Shown here in pieces: positions 1-10,339 of a stretch of DNA of 64,000 nt. Each line of letters begins with the position of its first letter. The first letter of the stretch is position 1. A program made the translations under genes and the position numbers. The DNA is from a bacterium (GTDB lineage: Bacteria > Patescibacteriota > Minisyncoccia > Sungbacterales > GWA2-42-14). The notes under the pieces were generated by a model. That model ran no database searches, had not been told where the DNA came from, and saw only the letters and a list, made by a program, of their open reading frames with translations. Location: NCBI GenBank assembly GCA_030649305.1, contig JAUSFV010000006.1, forward strand, positions 32 through 64,031. The letters are read 5' to 3'.

Positions 1-1975
1 CAAGCCCCCGCTCATCCATTTTTTCAATCTTACCGCGCTTTGAATTCAAATCCCCCGTCACCTCCCCAAAAAATTGTTCCGGAGTTACTACCTCAACCTG
101 CATAATCGGCTCAAGCAAAACAATGCCGCCGCGACGTGCGGCCTCTTGAAACGCCATGGAACCGGCAATTTTGAACGCGGCTTCTGACGAATCAACATCA
201 TGATACGACCCGTCATACATCGTCACCTGCATATCAACCACGGGGTACCCCGCAAGAACACCCCTATCCATGGCCTCTTTCACCCCTTTCTCAACCGCGG
301 GAATATACTCTTGGGGCACAACACCCCCCTTGATTTCATTCAAAAATTCAAACCCCTTGCCGCGCTCCAAGGGCTCAACGCGTAACCAGACATGGCCATA
401 TTGCCCGCGGCCTCCTGATTGCCGAATATATTTGCCTTCTGCCTCTGCCAATTTTTTAATCGTTTCTTTGTATGCGACCCGCGGCCTCCCCACATTTGCC
501 TCAACCGAAAATTCGCGCTTCATTCTATCCACAATAATTTCCAGATGCAATTCGCCCATACCCGAAATAATGGTCTCTCCGGTCTCTATATCCCCCCTAA
601 TGTGAAATGTCGGGTCCTCGTCCCCGAGACGTCGAAGTGCAATACCCATTTTTTCCTGGTCGGCTTTTGTTTTCGGTTCAATGCGAAGGGATACCACGGG
701 TTCGGGAAATACTATTTTTTCAAGAATGATTGGGTGCTCGGGGTCAGAGAGCGTATCTCCAGTTTTTGTTGATTTCAATGCTACCAAAGCACCGATGTTT
801 CCCGCTTGAATTTCTTTTAATTCTTCGCGGTGATTTGCGTGCATCCGCAAAATGCGCCCGATCCGCTCCTGCTCACCGCGCGTTACGTTCTGAACATAGC
901 TTCCCGCGGTAAGCGTTCCCGAATATACCCGAAAATAGGTGAGCTGACCCACATATGGGTCGGTTTGTAGTTTAAATGCAAGGGCTGAGAAGGGCGCGGT
1001 ATCATCCGCCGCCCGTTCTTCTTCAGCACCCGTTTTCGGATTCGTGCCTTTGACCGGCGGCAAATCCAAAGGAGAGGGTAGAAAATCAACCACCGCGTCC
1101 AGCATCAACTGCACGCCTTTATTTTTCAGAGCGGAGCCGCAAAGCACCGGAACGATTTTTGCCGAAAGTGTCGCGCGGCGAAGTGCTGATTTTAATTCTT
1201 CATTCGTAATTTCTTTTCCTTCTAAATATTTTTCAGTGAGCGCTTCATCCGATTCCGCGATTCTTTCAACCATAGTGCGACGCCATTCCTCCGCGGTTTT
1301 TTTCAAATTTTCGGGAATATCTTCATACGATATGTTCTCCCCGTGCTCTCCGGAAAAGCGCACTGCTTTCATGCGGAACAAATCAATCACCCCGGCAAAA
1401 TCCTGCTCAAGACCGATATTTAAATGAATAGCAACAGCATTCGGAGTTAAACGCTCAAGAATTGAACGAAATGAACGGTCAAACGAAGCGCCCGTGCGGT
1501 CTAACTTATTAATAAAGCATACCCGCGGTACATGGTATTTATCCGCCTGGCGCCACACGGTCTCAGATTGCGGTTCAACTCCCGCAACCCCGTCGAACAC
1601 CACCACACCGCCGTCCAAAACACGAAGCGAACGTTCAACCTCTACGGTAAAATCAACGTGTCCGGGCGTATCAATAATGTTAATACGATATTCGTGTTCT
1701 TTTCTGCGTTTTTCTGCGTTGCCTTCTGCGTCGTTCTGCGTGCCGACATAGGTCGGCAACCAAAACGCGTTCGTTGCGGCAGAGGTAATCGTAATCCCGC
1801 GCTCGCGCTCCTGCTCCATCCAATCCATCACCGTATCCCCCTCATGCACCTCGCCGATTTTATGCGATACGCCCGTGTAAAACAAAACACGCTCGGTGAC
1901 CGTGGTCTTGCCGGCGTCTATATGCGCGATGATTCCAATATTCCTCGTTCTTTCGAGAGGATACTCACGAGCCAT
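1..1975 (-). CDS. fusA: Elongation factor G (3' end runs off window)
   Basis: Manual translation from ATG at 1975: [25 protein letters not shown]...[12 protein letters not shown]...[11 protein letters not shown]; downstream of rpsL-rpsG. Confidence 0.98.
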   Translation of the reverse strand, partial: MAREYPLERTRNIGIIAHIDAGKTTVTERVLFYTGVSHKIGEVHEGDTVMDWMEQERERGITITSAATNAFWLPTYVGTQNDAEGNAEKRRKEHEYRINIIDTPGHVDFTVEVERSLRVLDGGVVVFDGVAGVEPQSETVWRQADKYHVPRVCFINKLDRTGASFDRSFRSILERLTPNAVAIHLNIGLEQDFAGVIDLFRMKAVRFSGEHGENISYEDIPENLKKTAEEWRRTMVERIAESDEALTEKYLEGKEITNEELKSALRRATLSAKIVPVLCGSALKNKGVQLMLDAVVDFLPSPLDLPPVKGTNPKTGAEEERAADDTAPFSALAFKLQTDPYVGQLTYFRVYSGTLTAGSYVQNVTRGEQERIGRILRMHANHREELKEIQAGNIGALVALKSTKTGDTLSDPEHPIILEKIVFPEPVVSLRIEPKTKADQEKMGIALRRLGDEDPTFHIRGDIETGETIISGMGELHLEIIVDRMKREFSVEANVGRPRVAYKETIKKLAEAEGKYIRQSGGRGQYGHVWLRVEPLERGKGFEFLNEIKGGVVPQEYIPAVEKGVKEAMDRGVLAGYPVVDMQVTMYDGSYHDVDSSEAAFKIAGSMAFQEAARRGGIVLLEPIMQVEVVTPEQFFGEVTGDLNSKRGKIEKMDERGL

Positions 1976-1989
1976 ACAGTATCTATGGA

Positions 1990-2592
1990 TTATGTTATAT
2001 ACTGACCGCCGCCACCCATCCTAGGGGGAGGTTTTGATTGCGACCATTTTTGAAATGCCTCTTTCGTCAAAAGATCATCTCTAATGCCATTTTGACGCAA
2101 GATTTTTTTCATATGCCGAATCAAAAAGACTTTCATAGCGAGGATGTCTTTTTTGTTCAAAGATTCCGTATGCTCCGCATTTTGAATAGTACGAGACGTA
2201 TCCGTGATTTTTATAAGATCCGGGTCATCTGGCGAAAATCTTTTTGGATCAAACGTGTGTAATATGCCATAAAGCCACTGAAGATAGCGAAAAAATTTCT
2301 CGGGCGACTTTTGTAATTCGTACGCAAGTTCTGCCGCCTCCGACTGCAAAGGTGTTACGGTCATCTCTGTGGGAAGCGACTCAAATGCCGCACGAAGACT
2401 GGGGTCCTCATCAACCATTTTTTCAAATTCCTTTTTAACGATTTCGCCAATCGTTTTTTCCAACAACTGCTTCTCCCGCGGGGTTGCCGCGGGATCTTTA
2501 TACCACTCAAGAAAGCCGAGAAGATCTTCCGGAGAAGTTTCTTTCTCTTCCGGCTTCTTAGGCGCGTCTTGATTTTCTTCTGGTCGTTCCAT
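1990..2592 (-). CDS. Hypothetical helical protein ending GGGGQYIT
   Basis: 200-aa ORF co-oriented within the str operon; C-terminal part resembles 2623..3099. Confidence 0.8.
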   Translation of the reverse strand: MERPEENQDAPKKPEEKETSPEDLLGFLEWYKDPAATPREKQLLEKTIGEIVKKEFEKMVDEDPSLRAAFESLPTEMTVTPLQSEAAELAYELQKSPEKFFRYLQWLYGILHTFDPKRFSPDDPDLIKITDTSRTIQNAEHTESLNKKDILAMKVFLIRHMKKILRQNGIRDDLLTKEAFQKWSQSKPPPRMGGGGQYIT

Positions 2593-2622
2593 GATTACCG
2601 CGTTTTCATTTTTAAAAATTTT

Positions 2623-3099
2623 TTACTTTTCGAAGCGAGGCACACGCGGCTGTTTCCATTGCTCGTATGCTGATTCGGAAAATAATTCGGGATTCGTATC
2701 CTCCTCCAAAAGATCTTTCCATAATGTCCTTACGGCAAAAGCCCTAAGTCGCGACAACTCCTCCGGATCCTTGCCCTGTATCCACGAATTACGAGCATCT
2801 TCGAGATCTGTTAAAAACGTTGCTTCGCGTTTTTTGATTGAGCTTGAGCCGACACCCGCGCGTATCATTTCATGAATAGAAGAAAGCCAATCTAAGACAT
2901 TGTTATACTCATTTTCATCGCGACCAAATCGAGCCGCCAGTTGTTCCTTGCTCCAAAATCCCTCCACCGCTTCTTCGCCAAGCTCCTCCGCTTTTTTTAT
3001 CAAATCGGGATTTGTACGCTCAAGCGACTGCAAATATTCCTGCGCCTTTGGGTCGCGCAGGGTCGGATCGTCTGATTCTAAACGCTCTGGTTTCTCCAT
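2623..3099 (-). CDS. Hypothetical protein, probable paralog of 1990..2592
   Basis: 158-aa ORF; MEKPE vs MERPE starts and similar C-terminal helices. Confidence 0.8.
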   Translation of the reverse strand: MEKPERLESDDPTLRDPKAQEYLQSLERTNPDLIKKAEELGEEAVEGFWSKEQLAARFGRDENEYNNVLDWLSSIHEMIRAGVGSSSIKKREATFLTDLEDARNSWIQGKDPEELSRLRAFAVRTLWKDLLEEDTNPELFSESAYEQWKQPRVPRFEK

Positions 3100-3249
3100 A
3101 TTATTAAAAACAAAAGCGAAGATGGTTTTTTAAAAACGCTCACCCGACGAAGTTTGCATGGTTCGCCCCATGGGGCGAAAACGAGGAGGGTGGCGAGTTT
3201 GAAATCCACGCTGGGGATTTCAAACAATTTTTAAAAAATCATCAAGCGC

Positions 3250-3717
3250 CTACCACGCAAAATGCGCGAACGCCTTATTTGCCTCCGCCATCCTATGCGT
3301 ATCCATTTTTTTCTTCACGGCATTCCCCTCGTTTTTGGATGCTGCCAAAAGTTCTTCAGCCAAGCGATGATGCATAGCTTTTCCTTTTTTCGCGCGGGCC
3401 GCTAACAAAATCCAGCGAAACGCAAGCGACATTTTCCGGGGTCCCCGCACTTCACGCGGCACCTGATAGTTAGCGCCACCCACGCGGCGCGCCTTGATTT
3501 CTAACAACGGCGAGGCATTGCGAATCGCCAAATCAAACACCGCAAGCGGGTCCTGCTTGTATTCTTTTTCAATCACGTCAAAGGTTTTATACACCACCCT
3601 CTGCGCAACGCTTTTTTTGCCGTCCTTCATGACGTAATTGATAAATTTCCCAACGGTTTCGTTAGAATACTTTACATCCGGAATTATGGGTCGTGTGATG
3701 TTTCGTTTTCTTCTCAT
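3250..3717 (-). CDS. rpsG: 30S ribosomal protein S7
   Basis: RRVGGANYQVP, HRMAEANKAFAHF motifs. Confidence 0.99.
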   Translation of the reverse strand: MRRKRNITRPIIPDVKYSNETVGKFINYVMKDGKKSVAQRVVYKTFDVIEKEYKQDPLAVFDLAIRNASPLLEIKARRVGGANYQVPREVRGPRKMSLAFRWILLAARAKKGKAMHHRLAEELLAASKNEGNAVKKKMDTHRMAEANKAFAHFAW

Positions 3718-3808
3718 AAATATACCCTAATAACTATGCGAATGTATGCTAATGATATGCCAATATTCGCATACTATTTGCATATATTAGCATAAAAATT
3801 AGCGTGTT

Positions 3809-4219
3809 TTATTTCGGACGCTTTGCCCCGTATTTAGACCGCTGCTGTTTTCTTCCCTCAACTCCCGTCGTATCCAAAATCCCGCGCACAATGTGATAGC
3901 GCACTCCCGGCAAATCTTTTACCCTGCCCCCGCGAATAATAACCACCGAATGTTCTTGCAGTTTGTGCCCCTCGCCCGGAATATAGGCCGTTACTTCCAT
4001 GCCATTGGTCAGACGAACGCGCGCAACTTTACGAAGTGCTGAGTTTGGTTTCTTCGGCGTCATGGTTTTTACCAAAATACACACTCCCCGCTTGAATGAA
4101 GAGGGATACAATTTCGGGCGGTTTTTGAGTACGTTAAATCCGCGCGCGAGTGCGGGCGCTTTTGTCTTTTTTCGCTTTAATTTTCTGTTTCGCTTCAGAA
4201 GCTGATGAATGGTTGGCAT
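3809..4219 (-). CDS. rpsL: 30S ribosomal protein S12
   Basis: MPTIHQL start at 4219; [23 protein letters not shown]. Confidence 0.99.
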   Translation of the reverse strand: MPTIHQLLKRNRKLKRKKTKAPALARGFNVLKNRPKLYPSSFKRGVCILVKTMTPKKPNSALRKVARVRLTNGMEVTAYIPGEGHKLQEHSVVIIRGGRVKDLPGVRYHIVRGILDTTGVEGRKQQRSKYGAKRPK

Positions 4220-4444
4220 AAAATCAATGATAAATGAACAAAACGATAATAGCAAGAATATAAAAATGAGTCAAACCCCGTTACCTCAACGTGGCATGAC
4301 GCCATGCGTTTCTTTGTGAGGTGTAAATTTCCCCAGGTAATCATTTCTCGGGGTATATCTAAAATTCAATTGGGCGTAAAACGCTATGCCGTGTTGTGGT
4401 GCGGGGTCAAATGCACGAAGAAAAAAAGCGGGGATTCCCGCTCT

Positions 4445-4657
4445 TTAATTGTCTGTAAGAGTATATTTCTCCTCAAACGCAAGTATACAAAGCTCTGCGA
4501 GCGTCTTTATTAACCCGTCAATTGCCTCCTGCTCATCGGGAGTAGGAAAGCTTGAAATCGGATTGAAAAGCTCGGGGAGTCTCTTTTTGGCAAATTCTCT
4601 TGCCGCCTTCTCCGCTTCCGAACGCTTCATCGTCGGCTTCTGACCGCAACACGCCAT
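4445..4657 (-). CDS. Small hypothetical protein
   Basis: 70-aa ORF preceded by AAGGAGG RBS. Confidence 0.6.
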   Translation of the reverse strand: MACCGQKPTMKRSEAEKAAREFAKKRLPELFNPISSFPTPDEQEAIDGLIKTLAELCILAFEEKYTLTDN

Positions 4658-4753
4658 TTCTGCATCCTCCTTATCACAAATATCACCAAAGAACTGCTTC
4701 CCTAAGTTATGCCAAGTAATCTGCTATGTCAAACAAAAAAGACCGACGTGGCC

Positions 4754-4996
4754 TTATTGATGCGTGAGAACGTGTGATGCGCGATAACATACGAAATAAT
4801 ATACGATTGCGCCTATGAAAGGGAGGGCGCACATAAGAAGAATCATCAAAATGTTTACGACATTTTCTGCCGGCCACATCTTGATGGTCCGGATAACCGC
4901 GTGGATAAACATCCAAAGACCGAAAAAACCCAGCACGAAAACCAGAAGAAACGCAAAAAGCCCGAATCCCGCTATAAACCACCCAATAAAGTCCAT
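4754..4996 (-). CDS. Small two-TM membrane protein (PLDc_N-like)
   Basis: Hydrophobic helices with LPFIGAIVYYF, typical of PLDc N-terminal domains; GGAGA RBS. Confidence 0.7.
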   Translation of the reverse strand: MDFIGWFIAGFGLFAFLLVFVLGFFGLWMFIHAVIRTIKMWPAENVVNILMILLMCALPFIGAIVYYFVCYRASHVLTHQ

Positions 4997-5181
4997 GCCG
5001 AATCTCCCTCTATATATAGTATCAAAGGAACAAGCGTATTCAGAATAGCAAACCGAATATTTTTGTCAACAAAAAAGGCGCGAAAAGTCCCACAACAACA
5101 TTCCAACATTCTGCCTAAAGCCCGTTGGCTCGGCCAAGTAGGGCAGAATGTTGGAATGTTTAAAAAATGAAAAAAGGCGCA

Positions 5182-5505
5182 CTAGGTACGCCCCTTACCA
5201 AAAAAGAGATCACGATCATACACAAGGAGATCGGCCATAAGCTTGCGCAACCTTCTTGCGGCAACCTCTTTCTTGCTTCCCGTCGTAGAAATAGAAACTC
5301 CCCGCTTTTTATCATTCATACCCGTAACACAAACCACATCCGCCACATATCCCTTGTCTTCCGCGCTATAAAAGACCTGATAACTAAAAGCTTTGCATCT
5401 CCGTACGCGAACGCCACGACGCAACTCGCGAAGCAATTTTACCATGCGTTTTTTCTCCTTTTCAACGATTGTGCGAAACAGCAAGTTGCTGGCCGCAGTT
5501 TCCAC
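5182..5505 (-). CDS. Hypothetical basic protein (start uncertain)
   Basis: ORF overlapping the stop of the upstream small gene. Confidence 0.5.
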   Translation of the reverse strand: METAASNLLFRTIVEKEKKRMVKLLRELRRGVRVRRCKAFSYQVFYSAEDKGYVADVVCVTGMNDKKRGVSISTTGSKKEVAARRLRKLMADLLVYDRDLFFGKGRT

Positions 5506-5656
5506 AGAATTTATTTTCTCGCCAATTTTCTTTCTGACAAGAAACGCACACGATGAATCTGTTGGTTGAGTGAATCCATTTTTCTATCCGCGGCAAAAGA
5601 AGCCACAGAACATACATAGCGATTGCTATAAGAACGCACGCGAGAAGAATATCCAT
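5462..5656 (-). CDS. Small membrane protein with zinc ribbon
   Basis: N-terminal TM, CxxC...CxxCG; AGGAGG RBS. Confidence 0.65.
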   Translation of the reverse strand: MDILLACVLIAIAMYVLWLLLPRIEKWIHSTNRFIVCVSCQKENWRENKFCGNCGQQLAVSHNR

Positions 5657-5767
5657 TTTTCCTCCTTTTTCAACGATCTTATACTCTAACAGTTAAAGAA
5701 ATCCGAAAATTTGAACTGCCGTAAGTATAACAAGATTTCTGAAAGATGTCAAATAAAAAACCGCTCG

Positions 5768-5803
5768 CCTTATCGGCTAATTCGTGCGAATTAGCCGATA
5801 AGG
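5768..5803. repeat. 34-bp palindromic repeat, copy 1
   Basis: CTTATCGGCTAATTCG-TG-CGAATTAGCCGATAAG; identical copies at 13564 and 23689. Confidence 0.95.
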
Positions 5804-5807
5804 AAAA

Positions 5808-6470
5808 TTAGAAAAAAGAAACGCCGGAAAAAATTCTGAACAACAACGATACAACCGGAAACAGCCATTGCGAGAAAAAGAAAATAAAAATCAAAAGGAG
5901 GAAAAAACCGTATTGCTGAAGAAATGTTTCAATGTTGCGCCACTGATACGGAAGCAGGGCGAATAACACTTTTGACCCGTCCAGCGGAGGAATCGGAACA
6001 AAATTAAACACCGCAAGCACGAGATTCACCAGAACAATCAAACCGAAAATTTCCGCGAGATTTTGTGTCACAAGCGAGCCGCCACCGAACACCAGCAATA
6101 CGCGAATGCCGATACCAAACACCAATGCAATGAGGATGTTGGACAACGGCCCCGCCATACCCACGAGCGCCGGCCCCCAATCATTTCGCGAACCAAACCG
6201 CGAAAAGGGATTCTTCAAATTATACGGATTATACGGCACGGGCTTTGCCCATCCGATTAAAAAGGGAGAATGCGCCAAAACGAGCAAAAGCGGCAAAATA
6301 ACCGACCCGAACGGGTCCAAATGTTTCAGAGGGTTCAGCGTCAGGCGCCCCAAATGCTTTGCCGTAGGGTCGCCAAGAAGAAGGGCAACAAACCCATGCG
6401 AAACCTCATGAATCACAACAGAAAAAATAAGAATGGCGATTTGAAAAATAGTAGGGATTGCAGAATCCAT
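5808..6470 (-). CDS. Site-2 protease (M50 family)
   Basis: HEVSH zinc motif and NFVPIPPLDG; multiple TMs. Confidence 0.95.
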   Translation of the reverse strand: MDSAIPTIFQIAILIFSVVIHEVSHGFVALLLGDPTAKHLGRLTLNPLKHLDPFGSVILPLLLVLAHSPFLIGWAKPVPYNPYNLKNPFSRFGSRNDWGPALVGMAGPLSNILIALVFGIGIRVLLVFGGGSLVTQNLAEIFGLIVLVNLVLAVFNFVPIPPLDGSKVLFALLPYQWRNIETFLQQYGFFLLLIFIFFFSQWLFPVVSLLFRIFSGVSFF

Positions 6471-6513
6471 AGAAAAATGATACCCTTAACGAAGTTACAA
6501 ATTACCTTACCTT

Positions 6514-6738
6514 ATGAGAATCTGTCCTATCTGCGACAAACAATCAGCAATGGCGGGAACGCGAAAACTCCTTCGCGGTCATTATAACCTGACCAAGCGC
6601 TCGCGCAAATACCCGAACCTCCAATGGGTGGTTTTATCGCCCGCGGTCTTGAAAAAACTCGGAGCAACAAAAGTCCCCCCGGGAAAACGTGTTTTAGTAT
6701 GCACCAAATGCATCAAGGCCCTCGGCAAAAAGAAATAA
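6514..6738 (+). CDS. rpmB: 50S ribosomal protein L28
   Basis: MRICPIC...KYPNLQ...VCTKCIK. Confidence 0.9.
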   Translation: MRICPICDKQSAMAGTRKLLRGHYNLTKRSRKYPNLQWVVLSPAVLKKLGATKVPPGKRVLVCTKCIKALGKKK

Positions 6739-6801
6739 GCATCGCGAAGATGCTTATCTATAAAACTGTGAAGATACAATGCGGGCACAACAACAACGCC
6801 G

Positions 6802-7332
6802 CTAACATCTGCATATTAAAAGTTGTTCTCTGTGGCGCGCTATCTGATATGCCCCCGATAGGATATCCCCGCGATCACGAAGAATAACAAAGATGTCATC
6901 TGGATTGCGCCGAACCAGATACAAATAACCAAACGCCAAACCAACCGGATATAAGGGGTCATCAACCGCATAACGCGAATTTGAGTGCTGAAAAAAATAA
7001 TCTTGTAGAATCGCGTTGTGCGAATTTGGCCTTGCGTCACGCATGATTTCTCTGATGGTGATTGAGCCGGTTATTGCCGCTGATTGAAATAATTCAAGAG
7101 CCTGCGTTTCTGCTTCAAGGCCTTTTCCCAAACGAGCATATGTATCGGGCGACATCTTGCATACCAGCTTTTCGTTCTTATTCAACAATATTTCAAAATA
7201 AACAAGCTTTTTATCGGGATAATTTTTCACAACAAATTCCTGAGCCGTATCGGTGACGCGAGCCATGAATTCTTTCGGTGAAAGAACTGCAATACCTTTT
7301 CGTTCCATGGATACCCTCTCTTTTTTTACCAT
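6802..7332 (-). CDS. Hypothetical protein
   Basis: Long ORF; ATG at 7332 chosen to avoid overlap with pepA. Confidence 0.65.
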   Translation of the reverse strand: MVKKERVSMERKGIAVLSPKEFMARVTDTAQEFVVKNYPDKKLVYFEILLNKNEKLVCKMSPDTYARLGKGLEAETQALELFQSAAITGSITIREIMRDARPNSHNAILQDYFFQHSNSRYAVDDPLYPVGLAFGYLYLVRRNPDDIFVILRDRGDILSGAYQIARHREQLLICRC

Positions 7333-7385
7333 AGAAAGACCCAAAAAAATCGTATCATAACCGCGCGGGAAGAACAACATACAAC

Positions 7386-8888
7386 ATGAAAATTCTTGCC
7401 AAACAATTCGGGGCCGCTCCGAAAGCCGAAGCGATTGCTTTGGCGCTTTTTGAAAAAGAGGATATCGCAAAAAATCCTCTTTTCCGTCTGCTCCCAAACA
7501 ACGTGCAGGCGCTCGTAAAAAAGTTTATTTCAGGCGGAGGATTTTCGGGAAAAGAAAGCGAAACAAAAGTTCTACCAATTTTTGAAACCTCCCTCAAAAA
7601 AATAATTCTGCTTGGACGTGGAGATAAGCAAAAATGGCATCGGAGAAAAGCGCTCCTTATTCCCCGCCGCGTAATACAAACAGCAAAACAAGAGCGCGTC
7701 AAAACAATTGCAACGCACTTGGATATGCTGGGCGATAATTCAGAAGCGCACTCGTCCGCGCGCGACATCACGACAAATATGCTCATGGCGTATTTTGAAT
7801 ATCGCCGAAAAGTAATGCCGAAAGACGGGTGGCCAGAAGTTAAGGAGGTAACCCTGCTTTGCGAAAAAAAAGATGCAAAGGCCGCAACCGAAGGCATTCG
7901 CGAGGGCAACATCATTGGTGAGGAAACAAACGAAACGCGGATACTTTCAAATACCCCCGGAGGCGAGATGACGCCCGCAACCCTTGCAGATGCCGCACGG
8001 AGAGCAGGAAAAAAACACGGGGTTCGTGTTACCATTTTTGACGAGAAAAAAATGAAAGCACTCGGGTTTGGCGGAGTACTTGGCGTTGGAAAGGGTTCAG
8101 ACATTCCTCCATGCTTTATCGTTATGGAGTACCGGCACGGTGGAAAACAAAAACCGCTGGTGCTCGTCGGCAAAGGCGTTACGTTTGATACCGGAGGATT
8201 AAACCTCAAACCAAGCGAGGGAATTTATGAAATGCATCTTGATATGTCGGGGGGTGCGGCGGTAATTCATGCCGTTTCCGCAATCGCGCGCCTGAAACTC
8301 CCGTTGAATGTCGTGGGGCTCGTGCCCGCGGTTGAAAATATGCCGTCGGGTTCAAGTTATCATCCGGGTGATTTACTCAAAACGTATTCGGGTAAAACGA
8401 TTGAAGTGCTGAATACAGATGCCGAGGGCCGGGTTATTTTGGCGGATGCTTTAGCGTATGCCAAAAAATTCAATCCCTTGCTCGTTGTAGATATTGCGAC
8501 ACTCACGGGTGCCGCCATGGGCGCACTTGGCCAGCGCGTATCGGCGCTCTTTACACAAAATCAGAAATTGGAAAAAATATTTCGCGAACTTGGAACACAG
8601 AGCGGAGACGAAATGTGGCCGCTTCCCTTGTGGGACGAATACGACGCTGATATTCAGGCGACATTTGGCGATATCGCGAATATCGCGAAAACAAAATATG
8701 GCGGGGCAATTACGGCCGCATCATTCTTAAAACAATTCGTGGACGGGTACCCGTGGGTGCATTTGGATATCGCGCCGACCATGACCACGATTGAAAGCCA
8801 GCACTTGGCAAAGGGGGCATCAGGTGTTGGTGTGCGATTTTTCGTAGAGCTTGCGAAGCATATCGTGAAAAATGGGATCTCTGTATAA
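7386..8888 (+). CDS. pepA: Leucyl aminopeptidase (M17)
   Basis: GKGVTFDTGG, DMSGGAAV, NTDAEGR, WVHLDIA. Confidence 0.97.
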   Translation: MKILAKQFGAAPKAEAIALALFEKEDIAKNPLFRLLPNNVQALVKKFISGGGFSGKESETKVLPIFETSLKKIILLGRGDKQKWHRRKALLIPRRVIQTAKQERVKTIATHLDMLGDNSEAHSSARDITTNMLMAYFEYRRKVMPKDGWPEVKEVTLLCEKKDAKAATEGIREGNIIGEETNETRILSNTPGGEMTPATLADAARRAGKKHGVRVTIFDEKKMKALGFGGVLGVGKGSDIPPCFIVMEYRHGGKQKPLVLVGKGVTFDTGGLNLKPSEGIYEMHLDMSGGAAVIHAVSAIARLKLPLNVVGLVPAVENMPSGSSYHPGDLLKTYSGKTIEVLNTDAEGRVILADALAYAKKFNPLLVVDIATLTGAAMGALGQRVSALFTQNQKLEKIFRELGTQSGDEMWPLPLWDEYDADIQATFGDIANIAKTKYGGAITAASFLKQFVDGYPWVHLDIAPTMTTIESQHLAKGASGVGVRFFVELAKHIVKNGISV

Positions 8889-8923
8889 TTATAATAATGA
8901 ATGAGAAGGTTCTATATTTTGGT

Positions 8924-8962
8924 CGGGGTGTAGTATATCGGCAGTACGCATGCATGGGGGTG
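8924..8962 (+). pseudogene. 5' half of an interrupted tRNA-Pro
   Basis: CGGGGTG-TA-GTATATCGGCAGTAC-G-CATGC-ATGGGG; near-identical to the intact copy but with a different acceptor stem. Confidence 0.85.
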
Positions 8963-9048
8963 AAGCGTGAATGTCTTCACGCTTCACGGGATTACTTCCC
9001 CCTATGTTTTATTATCAAAGTAATCCCCGGCTCTTTCTGTATTTTGGT

Positions 9049-9122
9049 CGGGCTGTAGTATATCGGCAGTACACATGCATGGGGTGCATGTAGGTCGGGT
9101 TCGATTCCCGACAGCCCGACCA
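9049..9122 (+). tRNA. tRNA-Pro(GGG), CCA encoded
   Basis: Acceptor CGGGCTG/CAGCCCG, anticodon arm CATGC-ATGGGGT-GCATG, T arm TCGGG-TTCGATT-CCCGA, ACCA. Confidence 0.95.
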
Positions 9123-9139
9123 AAATACAGAACAAAGAG

Positions 9140-9174
9140 ATGTAGGCCGGGTTCGATTCCCGGCACCCCGACCA
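9140..9174 (+). pseudogene. 3' half of the interrupted tRNA-Pro
   Basis: ATGTAGG-CCGGG-TTCGATT-CCCGG-CACCCCG-ACCA; CACCCCG pairs with the CGGGGTG at 8924. Confidence 0.85.
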
Positions 9175-9342
9175 AAAAATTGAAGAAAAAGATGCGGGCC
9201 GGGCCTGCCCCATTAGATGCGAAGCTATCTAATGGGGTGAAATTCCCGGCAACCCCAAAATCAAACCGGACAAAAACGAACTCAAAATACGAAGAAAATC
9301 GATTTAACAAAAAACCGGTAACTAACAAAGTTTTAAATAATT

Positions 9343-10296
9343 ATGGAAGACATAATTTTTCAAATATACGGAACTTTTGTTCTGACTCTAGCAAGTTTTG
9401 TTTTACCAATTATTGCTATCGCTTTATCGGCCTTCCCCGATGGAGTTAAAACGTTAAAGCAAACCTACGCGAATGAACAAAAACAAGCAGAAAAAAATCT
9501 TAGTGATGAATTAGAAAAAAAAGAAAAATCCGAAAAAAATCTTGATTATGACCTCTTGGAAAAAAATATCCGGACTTTAAAATTAACCAAAAAGAAGACC
9601 GAGAAACGCTTATCATATTTAAATCCCAATTATATTTTATCAAAAAGCGTAATAGCGATTGGAATTTCTATTATATCTTTTTTACTTGGACTACTATTTT
9701 ATAACCTGTCTTCTTATATCATCCCGTCGTTTCTTTTTTTGCTCAGTATTGGAACTATGGTCTGGATGATTATAATTTTTTCTAACTCAATTAAAATCGT
9801 TATTGAAGCCTCGTCCGCAGTTCAAGAAATACGCAAAACCACGGAAGAAACAATAATAGAGCTCCTCGCCACCCTTGTTGATAATAGCAAAAGCAAAGAT
9901 CGGTCACTCTTTATAGAACACAAACATATTTCAACATCTTTCAACAATGAAGAGGTTAAGGAAGGAAAAGAGTATTCGTTCTCAATAAATAAAAAATATA
10001 AAATAAAAATTTCTTTGACGAATTCTAGCGAATATATGCTAAAAACGGCTGAACTCGGTTTTACTTTTCCAGCAGAATTTTTAGTTGAAGGAACAACAAT
10101 ATCTAGAACCTATACTGGCGATAAAGAAAAAATAATCAGATTTGAACACGACCACCTTCAATCTAAAGAAAGGATGCAAGAAGGTGCAATAGATATGACC
10201 TTTCTAAAAATGGGGGTATTCGATATAGAGACATTTGTTAAAGGAGAAAATCTAAAAAGAAAAACTATTAAATTTAAAATTAAAGTTATCGAATAG
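9343..10296 (+). CDS. Hypothetical membrane protein (AT-rich), TM-coil-TM-TM plus beta-rich C-terminal domain
   Basis: 317-aa ORF; visibly lower GC than its neighbours. Confidence 0.8.
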   Translation: MEDIIFQIYGTFVLTLASFVLPIIAIALSAFPDGVKTLKQTYANEQKQAEKNLSDELEKKEKSEKNLDYDLLEKNIRTLKLTKKKTEKRLSYLNPNYILSKSVIAIGISIISFLLGLLFYNLSSYIIPSFLFLLSIGTMVWMIIIFSNSIKIVIEASSAVQEIRKTTEETIIELLATLVDNSKSKDRSLFIEHKHISTSFNNEEVKEGKEYSFSINKKYKIKISLTNSSEYMLKTAELGFTFPAEFLVEGTTISRTYTGDKEKIIRFEHDHLQSKERMQEGAIDMTFLKMGVFDIETFVKGENLKRKTIKFKIKVIE

Positions 10297-10339
10297 ATTT
10301 GCATTCAAAGAACGCCAAAGCGCTAAGATTGCAAAAACC

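Noticed and set aside
200-2005. Plus-strand ORFs over fusA and similar antisense ORFs across the window (e.g. 7355..8209, 45381..46187)
   Set aside because: Antisense shadows of well-supported genes with no motifs of their own
9002-9449. ORFs overlapping the tRNA-Pro region
   Set aside because: Shadow translations of tRNA sequence
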